Part shown: positions 1 to 8,814 of the stretch, piece after piece
Numbering within the stretch: the stretch's first letter is position 1
Layout of the letters: every line of letters starts with the position of its first letter
From: a virus
Lineage: Duplodnaviria > Caudoviricetes
Length of the DNA stretch: 55,122 nucleotides
Reading direction: 5' to 3' (one strand)
Virus record (IMG/VR): IMGVR_UViG_3300048800_000064
Coordinates: 1 to 55,122 of that record
Notes under the pieces: model-generated
Told to the model about the DNA's origin: nothing
What the model saw: the letters and a program-made list of their open reading frames with translations, nothing else
Database searches by the model: none
Made by a program: the position numbers and the translations under genes

Positions 1-2
1 GC

Positions 3-179
3 CACCGCACGATCAGGCGTCTGCAGCGGGCCGTCGAGGTCACCCGGGGGCAGCTGATTGACGCCGAGGTAGACGCGGGCGCGATCGCCGCCCATTTCCG
101 CACCTGGCGCAGCGAGTTCTACCACCCCAAGTGTCCGCTGGTGCCCACCAAGCCCGGGGCGCTCGAGGACTGCTCGTGA
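3..179 (+). CDS. Hypothetical protein, 5' truncated by the window edge
   Basis: Open frame HRTIRRLQ...ALEDCS ending at TGA 177-179, overlapping the next GTG (GTGA coupling). Confidence 0.55.
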   Translation, partial: HRTIRRLQRAVEVTRGQLIDAEVDAGAIAAHFRTWRSEFYHPKCPLVPTKPGALEDCS

Positions 180-655
180 CCGAGCTGCGCGTCTCTCCCG
201 ACCTGGCGCTGCCGCTCGAGGCGGTCACCGAGACGGATTGTATTTGGGCGGCGGGGTTCTTCGAGGGAGAGGGCACGGTCACTATTGCGGTCCGCAACTC
301 GGATGAGACCTACAGGCTGGTGGTCATCATCAGCAACACCGACCGGCCACTCGTCGAATGGTTCCGCGGTCGGTGGGGAGGGTGGCTCCAGCCCGTGTAC
401 GGAGAGCGGCCTGGACGAGTTCCCGCTTGGACATGGGCTGTCGCCGGGCCAGGCGCAGAACGCTTCATCAGCGACATCGGCCCCTATGTACGGAGCCAGA
501 AGAAGCTGGCCAAGTTGCGTCTTGCTCTGCGATTCCGCCGTGCTCAGATCCGCCCCGGCCTCATCAAGACGATCGACCGAGTGGCATACAAGGGTCGCCA
601 GCGGTCCCGCTACCGCGAGATGCGGGAACTCAACCATAGGGGCGTCCGGCTATGA
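176..655 (+). CDS. Single-motif LAGLIDADG homing endonuclease
   Basis: WAAGFFEGEGTV motif, downstream ISNTDRPLVEWF..WGG and YVRSQKK; GTG start coupled to the upstream stop. Confidence 0.85.
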   Translation: MTELRVSPDLALPLEAVTETDCIWAAGFFEGEGTVTIAVRNSDETYRLVVIISNTDRPLVEWFRGRWGGWLQPVYGERPGRVPAWTWAVAGPGAERFISDIGPYVRSQKKLAKLRLALRFRRAQIRPGLIKTIDRVAYKGRQRSRYREMRELNHRGVRL

Positions 656-828
656 GCCGCCCGCTGCCGCCGCGGCACCCCGAGAGCAAGGTGGGCGCTG
701 CGCTGCTGATCGCCGCCGGCCTGATGGCGGTGCCGTTCGCGGTCCTGGACTCCGCCTGGTGGTTGGGCCTGACGATCGCCTGCTGGACGGCCGCTCTGTT
801 GCTCCTCCTGGAGCGGCACCCGTCATGA
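652..828 (+). CDS. Small membrane protein
   Basis: MSRPLPPRHPESKVGAALLIAAGLMAVPF...; two hydrophobic stretches; ATGA overlaps at both ends. Confidence 0.6.
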   Translation: MSRPLPPRHPESKVGAALLIAAGLMAVPFAVLDSAWWLGLTIACWTAALLLLLERHPS

Positions 829-1037
829 GCCAGCACGACGAACCCCTGACCGAGCCGCTAGGCCCACTAGAGCCGCTGGCGGTGCAACTGCGCAAACGGG
901 CATACCATGCCGCTGCTCACGAGCACGACCTCATGCTTCAAGCCGCCGCCCTGCTGGAGTCCCGTGACCAGCGCATCCGAGAACTAGAAATTGAGGTCGA
1001 GAGGCGCGTCTATCCGACCGCCAGGAACTCGGGGTGA
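825..1037 (+). CDS. Hypothetical protein
   Basis: MSQHDEPL...; translationally coupled on both sides. Confidence 0.6.
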   Translation: MSQHDEPLTEPLGPLEPLAVQLRKRAYHAAAHEHDLMLQAAALLESRDQRIRELEIEVERRVYPTARNSG

Positions 1038-1999
1038 CCATCGTCCGGCGTGGCTACTTTCGTGTCCGTCGCGGGTTCACGACCAGCGGCTACACGCTGG
1101 CCCTCTCCAGCGACTCGGCGGTCGTTGCCGTGCTCAGGCTCTGGGACCACGGAAAGGTGGTCTCGGGCTCCTTCGACTCCGAGGCCCAGCTCAAAGAAGT
1201 GATGGGTCGGTACTACCGATACGTGCCCGAGCTCCGCACCAAAGGCTGGCTTGATGACCTCGACATACATGATTGGGACGAAGATCAGGCCAACCCCGAT
1301 GCAACTGCGGCTGAGCGCCAGAGGCGCCGCCGGGCCCGACTTGGAACTCAGAAAGGACGAGGGTCACGCCGTGACAGTCACGGTAGTCACGCCGTGACTG
1401 TCACGGATGTCACGGAGGTGTCACGGGACTTAACAGAGACAGAGACCTTAACAGAGACCCGTACCCCTCGTACTGTCTCGTTAAAGCCAGAGCGCGCGCG
1501 AGACTCTGGCTCCGATGATATCGATCCGGACGACCTCGACCCCACGCCTCAGCCCCCCAGCGACGTCGACCCCGACGACCCCCCGATGGCCATCCCCGGG
1601 CCCCAGCTCAAGGCGATGGATGCGTGGCTCACGGACCACGACTACGCCGCCCTCGACGCCAAGGATCGGATGACCGCGAGTCGGTTCTTGAGCCGCCACA
1701 CCGGGCTGTCAGCCGCGGACTTCATCAAGACCTGGGGCGACGCCGCTGCCGGCGGGGTCCGGATGCGCTCGGCACTGGCGATCGCGATGCAGAAACCAGG
1801 CGACGGACCCAAGACGCGCGTTGAGCTCCGGATGGAACGTCGGCTTGAGGGAGAGAACCTTGAGCGTCACCACCACGTCCGAGAGGCCGAGAGCGCTGCT
1901 GGCGAACATCCGGCTCGTGGTGAGAGCACGGCGTTCAACGTCGCCTCCGAGATAGTCCAGCGCCTCCGCAGTCAAGGCGCCGTGAGCTCCGAAGGGTGA
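1034..1999 (+). CDS. Phage replication initiator-like protein
   Basis: IHDWDEDQ..DATAAERQRRRRAR followed by a low-complexity SRDSHG/VT segment and ETETLTETR, typical of phage replisome organisers; internal iterons. Confidence 0.7.
   Translation: MTIVRRGYFRVRRGFTTSGYTLALSSDSAVVAVLRLWDHGKVVSGSFDSEAQLKEVMGRYYRYVPELRTKGWLDDLDIHDWDEDQANPDATAAERQRRRRARLGTQKGRGSRRDSHGSHAVTVTDVTEVSRDLTETETLTETRTPRTVSLKPERARDSGSDDIDPDDLDPTPQPPSDVDPDDPPMAIPGPQLKAMDAWLTDHDYAALDAKDRMTASRFLSRHTGLSAADFIKTWGDAAAGGVRMRSALAIAMQKPGDGPKTRVELRMERRLEGENLERHHHVREAESAAGEHPARGESTAFNVASEIVQRLRSQGAVSSEG
1363..1458. repeat. Iteron cluster, probable replication origin
   Basis: Six GTCACG and two CGTGAC, including two GTCACGCCGTGAC palindromes (1363, 1386), then CTTAACAGAGAC twice (1429, 1447). 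Confidence 0.65.
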
Positions 2000-2205
2000 G
2001 CTCCCTGGCTACTGACGAAGAGAAGCTGATCCGAGCCGACGAGCTGGTCAGCCGTATTGACAAGCTCACCGAAGACCTGATCGCCATCGCAGACGAGCTC
2101 CAGGACGAGCTGCAGAAGCTCGGCGGAGAGTTCCGCTGCCCCGCCTGTCGCCCAGCCAACGACGCCCAGCCGGCTGCCTTTCACGTCCACCTCAACGACG
2201 AGTAG
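1996..2205 (+). CDS. Small coiled-coil/Zn-binding hypothetical protein
   Basis: Coupled ORF with CPAC and a HVH ending. Confidence 0.6.
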   Translation: MSSLATDEEKLIRADELVSRIDKLTEDLIAIADELQDELQKLGGEFRCPACRPANDAQPAAFHVHLNDE

Positions 2206-2241
2206 CCAACTTCGTCGCTTGTTCACGCTCTGGAGGCACAC

Positions 2242-3150
2242 ATGATCAGTTCCCCAGAAGAACCCATCACCGACGTGGCCATCGCCGACCTGGTCATCGA
2301 CAGCAAGGTCCAGGTGCGCCACAGCGAGCACCGCGCCACCGTTGATCGCTACAAGGAGAGCCTGGACTCCCTGCCTCCCGTCGTGGCCTACGAGACCCCC
2401 GAAGGCCTGCTGCTCTCGGACGGCTTCCACCGCATCAAAGCCCACACCCGGTCTGGTCGAAGCACCATCGCAGCCCACATTCGCCCTGGCACCCGTGAGG
2501 ACGCGCTCGAGTACGCGGTGACCGGTAACTGCCGCCACGGCGCCGCCCTCACGCCCGACGAGCGCGACGCTGGCATCCGGCGGCTGCATCGCTTGCACCC
2601 CGACTGGGCGGGGATCCAGATCGCCGAGCAGATGAGCGTGCACCGCGCCACCGTGGACCGCGTGCTCCAGGCCAACGTAGTCCGCCAAAGCGTGGGCGCC
2701 AGCGCCGGCGGACTCTCTCGCGCCGTGCTCACCAACATCGAGCGGGCGCCGGCAGCGGACCGCGCCGAGCTCGCCAGGTTAGCTCGCGACGAGGGATTCA
2801 CCGCAGACGAAACCAAGCACGCAGCAGAGACGCTTAGGGCTCAGCAATTTCAGGAATCCCTCGCGCCGCGACGGTACGACGCCGACCACGGGGAACGCCT
2901 GAAGGTGGGCCGTGCCGAGATCAAGATCACCTACATGGTGCCGAGCGGCCGCACCCGCAACCGTGGCGGCCAGACCTATGACCGCGAGAACGTGCCGATC
3001 GAGCGCCGCGTCTCAGTGAACCTGGGCCCGGAGGCCTTCGAGCCCGGCAAGCCCGGCGCCGTAGCCGCCGCCAACGCGATCGCCAAGCAGGTCTACGCGA
3101 CGCTGATGACCGAAGGCTGGCCCGTGCCCCTGACCTGGCTGTCGGAATGA
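2242..3150 (+). CDS. ParB/Srx-like N-terminal domain plus HTH protein
   Basis: LPPVVAY..LLLSDGFHRIKA, NCRHGAALT, and HTH IQIAEQMSVHRATV; GGAGG SD. Confidence 0.8.
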   Translation: MISSPEEPITDVAIADLVIDSKVQVRHSEHRATVDRYKESLDSLPPVVAYETPEGLLLSDGFHRIKAHTRSGRSTIAAHIRPGTREDALEYAVTGNCRHGAALTPDERDAGIRRLHRLHPDWAGIQIAEQMSVHRATVDRVLQANVVRQSVGASAGGLSRAVLTNIERAPAADRAELARLARDEGFTADETKHAAETLRAQQFQESLAPRRYDADHGERLKVGRAEIKITYMVPSGRTRNRGGQTYDRENVPIERRVSVNLGPEAFEPGKPGAVAAANAIAKQVYATLMTEGWPVPLTWLSE

Positions 3151-3344
3151 TCCAAGACCCAGCCGACTTCGCCGCAGCCTTCAAAGCAGCGATCCAGGGC
3201 GACGCCTCAGAGCGAGCGCTGAAGCTCTACTGCGCCCTTCATCCAGCATCCGAGCTGATCGCTGAGTCCGGCCAGGACGAACCTCGGCTCCACTGCCCCG
3301 AGCCCGACTGCGACGTCGCCGTGCTGCCAAGGCTTGAGCCGTGA
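3147..3344 (+). CDS. Hypothetical Zn-finger-like protein
   Basis: CALHP...CPEPDC; coupled. Confidence 0.55.
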   Translation: MIQDPADFAAAFKAAIQGDASERALKLYCALHPASELIAESGQDEPRLHCPEPDCDVAVLPRLEP

Positions 3345-3796
3345 CCGACGAGCCCGAGACCGTCCCCGACCACCTCCCCACCATCGTCGTCTGGTACCTG
3401 ACGCCCTCCAGCGCCGAGCCCCTGGCGGCGCAACTCAACGGCGCCACCACCGCCCACCTCGCCCACGCCGCCCGGGTCTTCCTGGCGATCGCGGTCCAGA
3501 TGGAAAGCGAGAACCCGCCCGAGGTCAAGACCGGCGGCGGCTGGCAGGGAGGGGCCATCGAGGTCAAGCCCGACACCGTGGGCCTGGCCATCCAGTGGGG
3601 CGAGGACGGCAGCGCCGGCGGGGTGCTGAATCTCGGCGTGCCACCCGCGGCGATCCACTTCCACGGCGCAGCGCTACTGGTCGATGAGCTGGCCCGGAAC
3701 AACGTCCGCCAGGTGCTGGTGGCCCAGGACCAGCAGCGACAGCGGCAGGCGTCGGCGAGGCAGCGGATCCTCGGCGGCGGGCGGGACCAAAACTGA
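3341..3796 (+). CDS. Hypothetical protein
   Basis: Coupled ORF with phage-like codon usage. Confidence 0.6.
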   Translation: MTDEPETVPDHLPTIVVWYLTPSSAEPLAAQLNGATTAHLAHAARVFLAIAVQMESENPPEVKTGGGWQGGAIEVKPDTVGLAIQWGEDGSAGGVLNLGVPPAAIHFHGAALLVDELARNNVRQVLVAQDQQRQRQASARQRILGGGRDQN

Positions 3797-3849
3797 TGCG
3801 CATCTGCGCATCGAGATTGGGCAATTAGAGAGCTATGGCAATTAGAGAG
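3795..3849. promoter_or_regulatory. Palindrome and direct repeats upstream of terS (operator or pac candidate)
   Basis: GATGCGCA-TC-TGCGCATC at 3795-3812; GGCAATTAGAGAG at 3820 and 3837. Confidence 0.4.
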
Positions 3850-4632
3850 GCGATGGCTAAGGGCAACCCACGCAAAGGTCCAGCTCGGGGGAGGAGAGGC
3901 CGGCCCGGATCGCTGCCGTGGCGAAATGACATCGTTGTGATGGCCCGACTCCGCGAGGTCGAGGCGCTGGAGCGTCAGGGCATCAGCCTGGCGGAGTCGG
4001 CAGAGCGGCTCGAGGTCAGCGTGCAGACCGTCAGCCTGGACCGCGCCCGCATCCGTGAGCTCTGGGCTGAAGAGGGCACCAAGTCCCGCGAGGACCACAT
4101 CCACGACCTCGAGTTCCTGGAGGCCAACCTGTGGCAGAGCTACACGGCGCTGGGCGGGAGCGAGGACGAGCTGGAGGACGCCGACGGCACCAAACGCCTT
4201 GGCCACTACAACTCGGACCGCACCGGGATTGCCGCCCAGATCCGGAGTACCCGCAAGCTGATCGCCGAGCTCGACGGCAGCCTGGTACGTGGCGGTGGTG
4301 GGGGAGTGGCCGTTCAGGTGAACGTGGCGATCGGCGAGGGCGAGGTGGAGCCGACGCTGGAAGAGCTCTGGACAGCCGGCAAGATCACTGAGGCCGAGCT
4401 GCAGACCGGGCTTCGCCTGATGGCGATCCAGTCCGGGTCGGACTTCGCCACGGCGCCGGCGGCCGTGATCGAGGCCCAGGCCATAGAGGTTGTAGCCGCG
4501 GTGCCGGCTGCCCTGCTGCCCCCGCCGGCCGAGGATCCGCCGGCGCACTCGGTGCCGGTGGCCAGCAACGGCAACGGCCACCGCAAGGTCCAGCGCTTCG
4601 AGGACATCGACCCCGAGGACGAGGAGGCGTGA
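3835..4632 (+). CDS. Probable terminase small subunit (HTH); alternative start at 3853
   Basis: HTH GISLAESAERLEVSVQTVSLD, helical core, VAVQVNVAI beta segment; first gene of the packaging region. Confidence 0.6.
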   Translation: MAIREAMAKGNPRKGPARGRRGRPGSLPWRNDIVVMARLREVEALERQGISLAESAERLEVSVQTVSLDRARIRELWAEEGTKSREDHIHDLEFLEANLWQSYTALGGSEDELEDADGTKRLGHYNSDRTGIAAQIRSTRKLIAELDGSLVRGGGGGVAVQVNVAIGEGEVEPTLEELWTAGKITEAELQTGLRLMAIQSGSDFATAPAAVIEAQAIEVVAAVPAALLPPPAEDPPAHSVPVASNGNGHRKVQRFEDIDPEDEEA

Positions 4633-4772
4633 TGGCTGCGGATAAAGAGCGCCATCCGGTAGACGCGGCCAGCTTGGCGGCGGGGTGTTTCCTGGGCTGG
4701 ATCGCCGGCCTTGTGCTCGTCGTCGGCGGGCTCTGGCTCTTCTCTCATCTGGCGGTCATCTGGCATGGCTGA
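4632..4772 (+). CDS. Small membrane protein (46 aa)
   Basis: MAADKERHPVDAASLAAGCFLGWIAGLVLVVGGLWLF...; coupled. Confidence 0.5.
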   Translation: MAADKERHPVDAASLAAGCFLGWIAGLVLVVGGLWLFSHLAVIWHG

Positions 4773-5187
4773 ACAGCTGAGGGGCCATGGCCTCACAGTC
4801 CACGCCGGCGCGCTCAAGCGCCTGCCCAGCGACAGCAGCTATGACGCGGCCTGGTGCACCTGCGAATGTGGCTGGAGGAGCGGCAGTTTCGCGATCTCCC
4901 CTCGAGATGCGTACTCGGAACGCCCCCAAGAGCGCGCCGTCGAACAGGCGCGAGACCACTTGACCGGCGTCATCCTCGCGGCGCTGGTTGAGTACGCCGC
5001 CCACAAGCTCGACTGCGCTGCGGTCCGGCTGAAGACGCCCTGGCCCTCGGTGACAGCAGCTTGCACCTGTCGCCTCGACGAGTGGCGTGAAGTACTCGGC
5101 CTACCGCCGCTCGGGGAGGCCTCGGATCCGGTTGAAGCCGAAGAGCAGGCGCTCGGCCACTTCGCCGCTGAGCGGACCCCGGGCTGA
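4765..5187 (+). CDS. Hypothetical Zn-finger protein
   Basis: GHGLTV...CTCECGWRS...HL and HKLDC...CTCRL motifs. Confidence 0.6.
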   Translation: MAEQLRGHGLTVHAGALKRLPSDSSYDAAWCTCECGWRSGSFAISPRDAYSERPQERAVEQARDHLTGVILAALVEYAAHKLDCAAVRLKTPWPSVTAACTCRLDEWREVLGLPPLGEASDPVEAEEQALGHFAAERTPG

Positions 5188-5408
5188 TGGCGAGGCTGTT
5201 CCCGTTCCCCGGCAAGACTCTGGCCGACAGCAAGCCCTTAGCCATCCGCCGCGGTGAGCTGCGCCCCGTCCTCCAGGACGGCTACCTGGTGGACATGGTC
5301 CCGGTGGCGCGCTGCCCCACGTGCCACAAGCCAATCGGTGAAGTCGAAGCTGCCTGCCCTGAGGGGTCGCAGGAGCTGCCGCTCAAGATGCCAAGGCGCC
5401 GGCGCTGA
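5187..5408 (+). CDS. Hypothetical protein
   Basis: Coupled ORF with CPTCH. Confidence 0.5.
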   Translation: MARLFPFPGKTLADSKPLAIRRGELRPVLQDGYLVDMVPVARCPTCHKPIGEVEAACPEGSQELPLKMPRRRR

Positions 5409-5713
5409 TGGTCAGCCGCATCCTGGTCACTGCGATCCTGCTGCTTGGACTCACGGCCTGTCGCCTGGAGGCGCCCCAGGTCACCCAGGGCAGGGTCACC
5501 CACAAGCACACCGAGTCGGCCTACACGTGGTTTGAGATTCGTGAGCACGGAACCCCCACCCAGAACACGGTGGTGGTCCACGACGAGCCCAAGAAGTATT
5601 TCCTGACGGTCACCGCCTGCCCCCCTGACTGGAGCTGCGTCGACGCGGACACCGCGGTGGACCAGGCCACGTATGACGCCACCCCAACCGGCAGCGACTA
5701 CAGGATCCGATGA
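5408..5713 (+). CDS. Putative lipoprotein
   Basis: Signal peptide ending in lipobox LTAC. Confidence 0.65.
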   Translation: MVSRILVTAILLLGLTACRLEAPQVTQGRVTHKHTESAYTWFEIREHGTPTQNTVVVHDEPKKYFLTVTACPPDWSCVDADTAVDQATYDATPTGSDYRIR

Positions 5714-5961
5714 GCGAGGTCAGCATCGCCCGCCGCCTCTGGGATGACTTCACGGCGATGCACGCCCAAGACCTCGCCCTTTTCCGCGACTGGTACATGC
5801 GCTGCGAAGCTCACGCCAGCCGGCGCACCGGCCTGCCTTACGGCTGGCTCCTCGTCTTCCCTGACGGCAGCTTCCTTAGCGGCGTCGGGCAGGTGATCAT
5901 CTGGGGCTTCGGCGCCAGCGTGACGATGCCCATGCCCCCGTTCCTCCCGAGCCGAAACTGA
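5710..5961 (+). CDS. Hypothetical protein
   Basis: Coupled ORF. Confidence 0.55.
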   Translation: MSEVSIARRLWDDFTAMHAQDLALFRDWYMRCEAHASRRTGLPYGWLLVFPDGSFLSGVGQVIIWGFGASVTMPMPPFLPSRN

Positions 5962-6167
5962 TGAGCTGGGGAACGGTGCTCAAGCTGCTGGTCCTGGCCT
6001 TCGGGCTCCGGGTGATCTGGGACTGGGAGGACGATCCCGAGGAGGAGCAGCCCGACGACCCCGAAGAGCCGGGTGATCACCTCGAGGAGCCTGCTGTTCC
6101 CCGATCCTGGAGCTACGCCGACGCGTCTGCGAGCCCGCGCCACCGCCGCGTCGGACCCCTGCCGTGA
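5961..6167 (+). CDS. Small membrane-anchored acidic protein
   Basis: Hydrophobic N-terminus followed by an acidic tail. Confidence 0.5.
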   Translation: MSWGTVLKLLVLAFGLRVIWDWEDDPEEEQPDDPEEPGDHLEEPAVPRSWSYADASASPRHRRVGPLP

Positions 6168-6286
6168 TCCAGAAGCTCCTCTGCTTGCTCGGCTTCCACA
6201 CCTGGCGCGGCCGGACCGTGCGCGGGATAAGCCGCAACGTCCACATCAGGGAATGCGAGCACTGCAGCTCGGTGGAATGGCCGTGA
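6164..6286 (+). CDS. Small DUF1660-like Zn-binding phage protein (40 aa)
   Basis: MIQKLLCLLGFHTW...CEHC; coupled at both ends; absent from the ORF track. Confidence 0.55.
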   Translation: MIQKLLCLLGFHTWRGRTVRGISRNVHIRECEHCSSVEWP

Positions 6287-6447
6287 GCCTGCTCTTCTGC
6301 TCAAGCTGCGGCGACGAGGTCGAGATGGACGGCTCTGAGCCCGTCGACGACGACGCTTTGGTAGCCGACGGCGAGGTCATGTGTGGCGACTGCCGCCGCG
6401 AGGAGCGCAACGACGACGACGTGGACGAGGAGAGCATCGGTTGGTAG
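6283..6447 (+). CDS. Small Zn-ribbon acidic protein
   Basis: CSSCG...CGDC. Confidence 0.55.
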   Translation: MSLLFCSSCGDEVEMDGSEPVDDDALVADGEVMCGDCRREERNDDDVDEESIGW

Positions 6448-6611
6448 TGCTGGCGATTCGGCGGCTGTACCTTGCCTACCAGTTCTGGCGCTTAAAGCGC
6501 GCGACGAGGAGGATGGCGGTCGCAATGATGCGGCTCGAGCTGGCCGCCTGGGCGGGCGCACACGTCATGACCTATTTCGCTGGCGTCTGTCGGGCGGCGA
6601 AGCTCGCATGA
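6447..6611 (+). CDS. Hypothetical protein
   Basis: Coupled ORF VLAIRRLY... Confidence 0.45.
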   Translation: MLAIRRLYLAYQFWRLKRATRRMAVAMMRLELAAWAGAHVMTYFAGVCRAAKLA

Positions 6612-7054
6612 GAGAGCTGATCGGCAGCAGCGACGCACGGCTCCGCACGCCTTCCAAGCGCGTGGCAGCCGTCGATGACGCCGTCCGGGAGCTCGCCGCC
6701 GACATGGCTGAGGTCATGTTCGAGCACGGCGGCGTGGGGCTGGCAGCTCCGCAGATCGGGGTGCTCAGGAGGGTGATCGTCTACAAGGCGCCGAGCAATG
6801 GCGAGGTTCGCGTGCTGGTCAACCCTTGGATCACGCGCAGCTCCGGGCGGATGTCCCATCAGGAGGCCTGCCTGTCGCTGCCGGGCGTCCTGGTCTGGGT
6901 GCAGCGCGCCGCTGAGGTCACCGTCCGCGGCTCCGACCACACCGGACGCAGGGTGCGGATCCGGGCCACGGGCGGGCTGGCCCGCCGCCTGCAGCACGAG
7001 ATCGATCACTTGGACGGAGTTCTTATCACCGACCATGCGGCGAAGGCGGCATGA
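6608..7054 (+). CDS. def: Peptide deformylase
   Basis: All three PDF motifs: GVGLAAPQIG, EACLS, QHEIDHLDG. Confidence 0.95.
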   Translation: MRELIGSSDARLRTPSKRVAAVDDAVRELAADMAEVMFEHGGVGLAAPQIGVLRRVIVYKAPSNGEVRVLVNPWITRSSGRMSHQEACLSLPGVLVWVQRAAEVTVRGSDHTGRRVRIRATGGLARRLQHEIDHLDGVLITDHAAKAA

Positions 7055-7281
7055 GAGGACCAATATCCGCGCCGGGTGAGGCTGAGCCCCGGCTCACGCT
7101 TAGGCTCACCCGCCAGCAGTACAGCCTCCTCGAGGAACTCTCCGGCCTGGGCATCCACGGAGTGACGCCGGCCGAGTGCGCGCGGCACCTGATCGCGAAC
7201 GAGTTGGTGCGCCTGCTCACCGACGGCTTCTTCCCGACGCGGGTCGAGGTTGTCGATGAGGACCGGCGGTATCTGCAGTGA
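7051..7281 (+). CDS. Small ribbon-helix-helix-like protein
   Basis: LTLRLTRQQYSLLEEL...TPAECARHLI. Confidence 0.5.
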   Translation: MRGPISAPGEAEPRLTLRLTRQQYSLLEELSGLGIHGVTPAECARHLIANELVRLLTDGFFPTRVEVVDEDRRYLQ

Positions 7282-7586
7282 AGGGCACGGCCGCCAAGAA
7301 CCTCGCCAGCGTCCAGTACTTCCAGCGCAAGGCTCAAGACCTGCTGCGCACCAGCGACGGTCGCCTCGGCGAGCGCGGGCACATCTGCCGGCCGCTGACC
7401 AAGGACGAGAAGAAGCGGCTCGAGGGGACAGGGAAGGCGCCGTCGCCGTGCCCCAAGTGCAAGCGCCGGCGGCCGGCGGATCCGCGCCGCGTCAACCCGT
7501 ACCGAGCAGCGCGTGGCGGCAAGACTGAGCTCGCCAAGCAACTCCGCCTCGAGCACGACTTGGCGCCGCGCCGGCGGGCGGCATGA
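7278..7586 (+). CDS. Basic hypothetical protein
   Basis: HIC...CPKC; coupled. Confidence 0.55.
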   Translation: MKGTAAKNLASVQYFQRKAQDLLRTSDGRLGERGHICRPLTKDEKKRLEGTGKAPSPCPKCKRRRPADPRRVNPYRAARGGKTELAKQLRLEHDLAPRRRAA

Positions 7587-7993
7587 AGGACACGACCGAG
7601 TGGACGTGGTTCGCTGGCTGCTGGGTCAAGGTCGACGAGGACGGCTGCATCAGGCAGGCGCAGGAGCCGCTGCAGAAGGGCCTCAGGGGGCTCACCTGGG
7701 CAGCCGAGCCATGGGCGCCCAGGAGCCTGGTCCACTACACCGATCCTGAGCCCGCCACGGCTAGCCTTATCCGCACTCCTGGCGTCTGGAACGCGGTACA
7801 GAGCCGAATGCATCGGGAGTTCTGGTGGCTGCGCGCCGATCCCGAGGGCAACATCGTGGAGGCCTTCGCCCGGAGCTGGGACGACGACAACCTGATCCTG
7901 CAGCCGCCACCCAAGCTGCACTGGTGGGCGAACCCCGTGGTGCCACCCCAGGACCTCGTGGCGACCTACATACCGGCTCACGTCTTGCCATGA
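7583..7993 (+). CDS. Hypothetical protein with an internal repeat
   Basis: WVKVDEDGCIRQA and WLRADPEGNIVEA are similar. Confidence 0.6.
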   Translation: MKDTTEWTWFAGCWVKVDEDGCIRQAQEPLQKGLRGLTWAAEPWAPRSLVHYTDPEPATASLIRTPGVWNAVQSRMHREFWWLRADPEGNIVEAFARSWDDDNLILQPPPKLHWWANPVVPPQDLVATYIPAHVLP

Positions 7994-8814
7994 CTGAGGC
8001 CCCAGCCCAACTCCACCCTTCGCGGACCCAGCGCCAAGCCGCCGAGGCCTCCCGCAGCTTCCTCGCCTATGCAGCTTGGGTCCGCGGACTCGTGCCGGCG
8101 ATCGACGAACACTGGGCCATCATCGAGCGTCTGCTCTATGGCGGACCGCGCGAACTCATCCTTGGGGCTACGGGCATCGGCAAAAGTCAGTGGGTAGCGG
8201 CTTGGCTCGAGTGGCACTTCGGCCTCAACCCCAATCTCCGCGTGCTCTACGTCAGTGAGATTGAGAGCGGTATCGCGACTGACGTGCTGACCGAGGTCCG
8301 CGAGACCATCGGGTCAAACGAGCGCTATGTGATGACCTTCGGCGATCTGAAGGGAGACTCGACCAAGTGGGGGGTCAAAGGCTTCCAGTTCCGTAACCTG
8401 ATCACCCAGGAGCAGGCCGATCGAAACCGCCGGATTACTCCAACCCCGGCGCCGCCGTTCGAATGGCTCTCCCCCCGAGGCCGCGTGCCAGGGCTCCGAG
8501 GTGACAACGGGAAGCCGGTAGGCTGGCGCACCGGCTTCACCGGGCAACGCATCGATCTCATGGTGGGTGACGATCTGGTCAGTGACAAGTCGGCGTACTC
8601 TCCCGTGCTGACCACCCGCGCCTGGAACGTGCTGCACCAGAAGGCCATCCCACGCGCCGATGATGCCGCGACCTTCCGCGTGATCCTGCTCGGGCAGACT
8701 TGGGCGCCGCGTGACATGTACGGGATGGTGCGGGAGAAGGGGATCGTGGTGTTGGATAACAACCCCGGGCGCGAGGGCCTGGACGTGCTCGGCCACGGCG
8801 AGGAAGCGGCGTGA
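7990..8814 (+). CDS. Terminase large subunit, N-terminal ATPase half
   Basis: Walker A GATGIGKS, FTGQRIDLMVGDDL Walker B, coupling motif ILLGQTWAPRDMYG; ends at its own stop. Confidence 0.85.
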   Translation: MTEAPAQLHPSRTQRQAAEASRSFLAYAAWVRGLVPAIDEHWAIIERLLYGGPRELILGATGIGKSQWVAAWLEWHFGLNPNLRVLYVSEIESGIATDVLTEVRETIGSNERYVMTFGDLKGDSTKWGVKGFQFRNLITQEQADRNRRITPTPAPPFEWLSPRGRVPGLRGDNGKPVGWRTGFTGQRIDLMVGDDLVSDKSAYSPVLTTRAWNVLHQKAIPRADDAATFRVILLGQTWAPRDMYGMVREKGIVVLDNNPGREGLDVLGHGEEAA

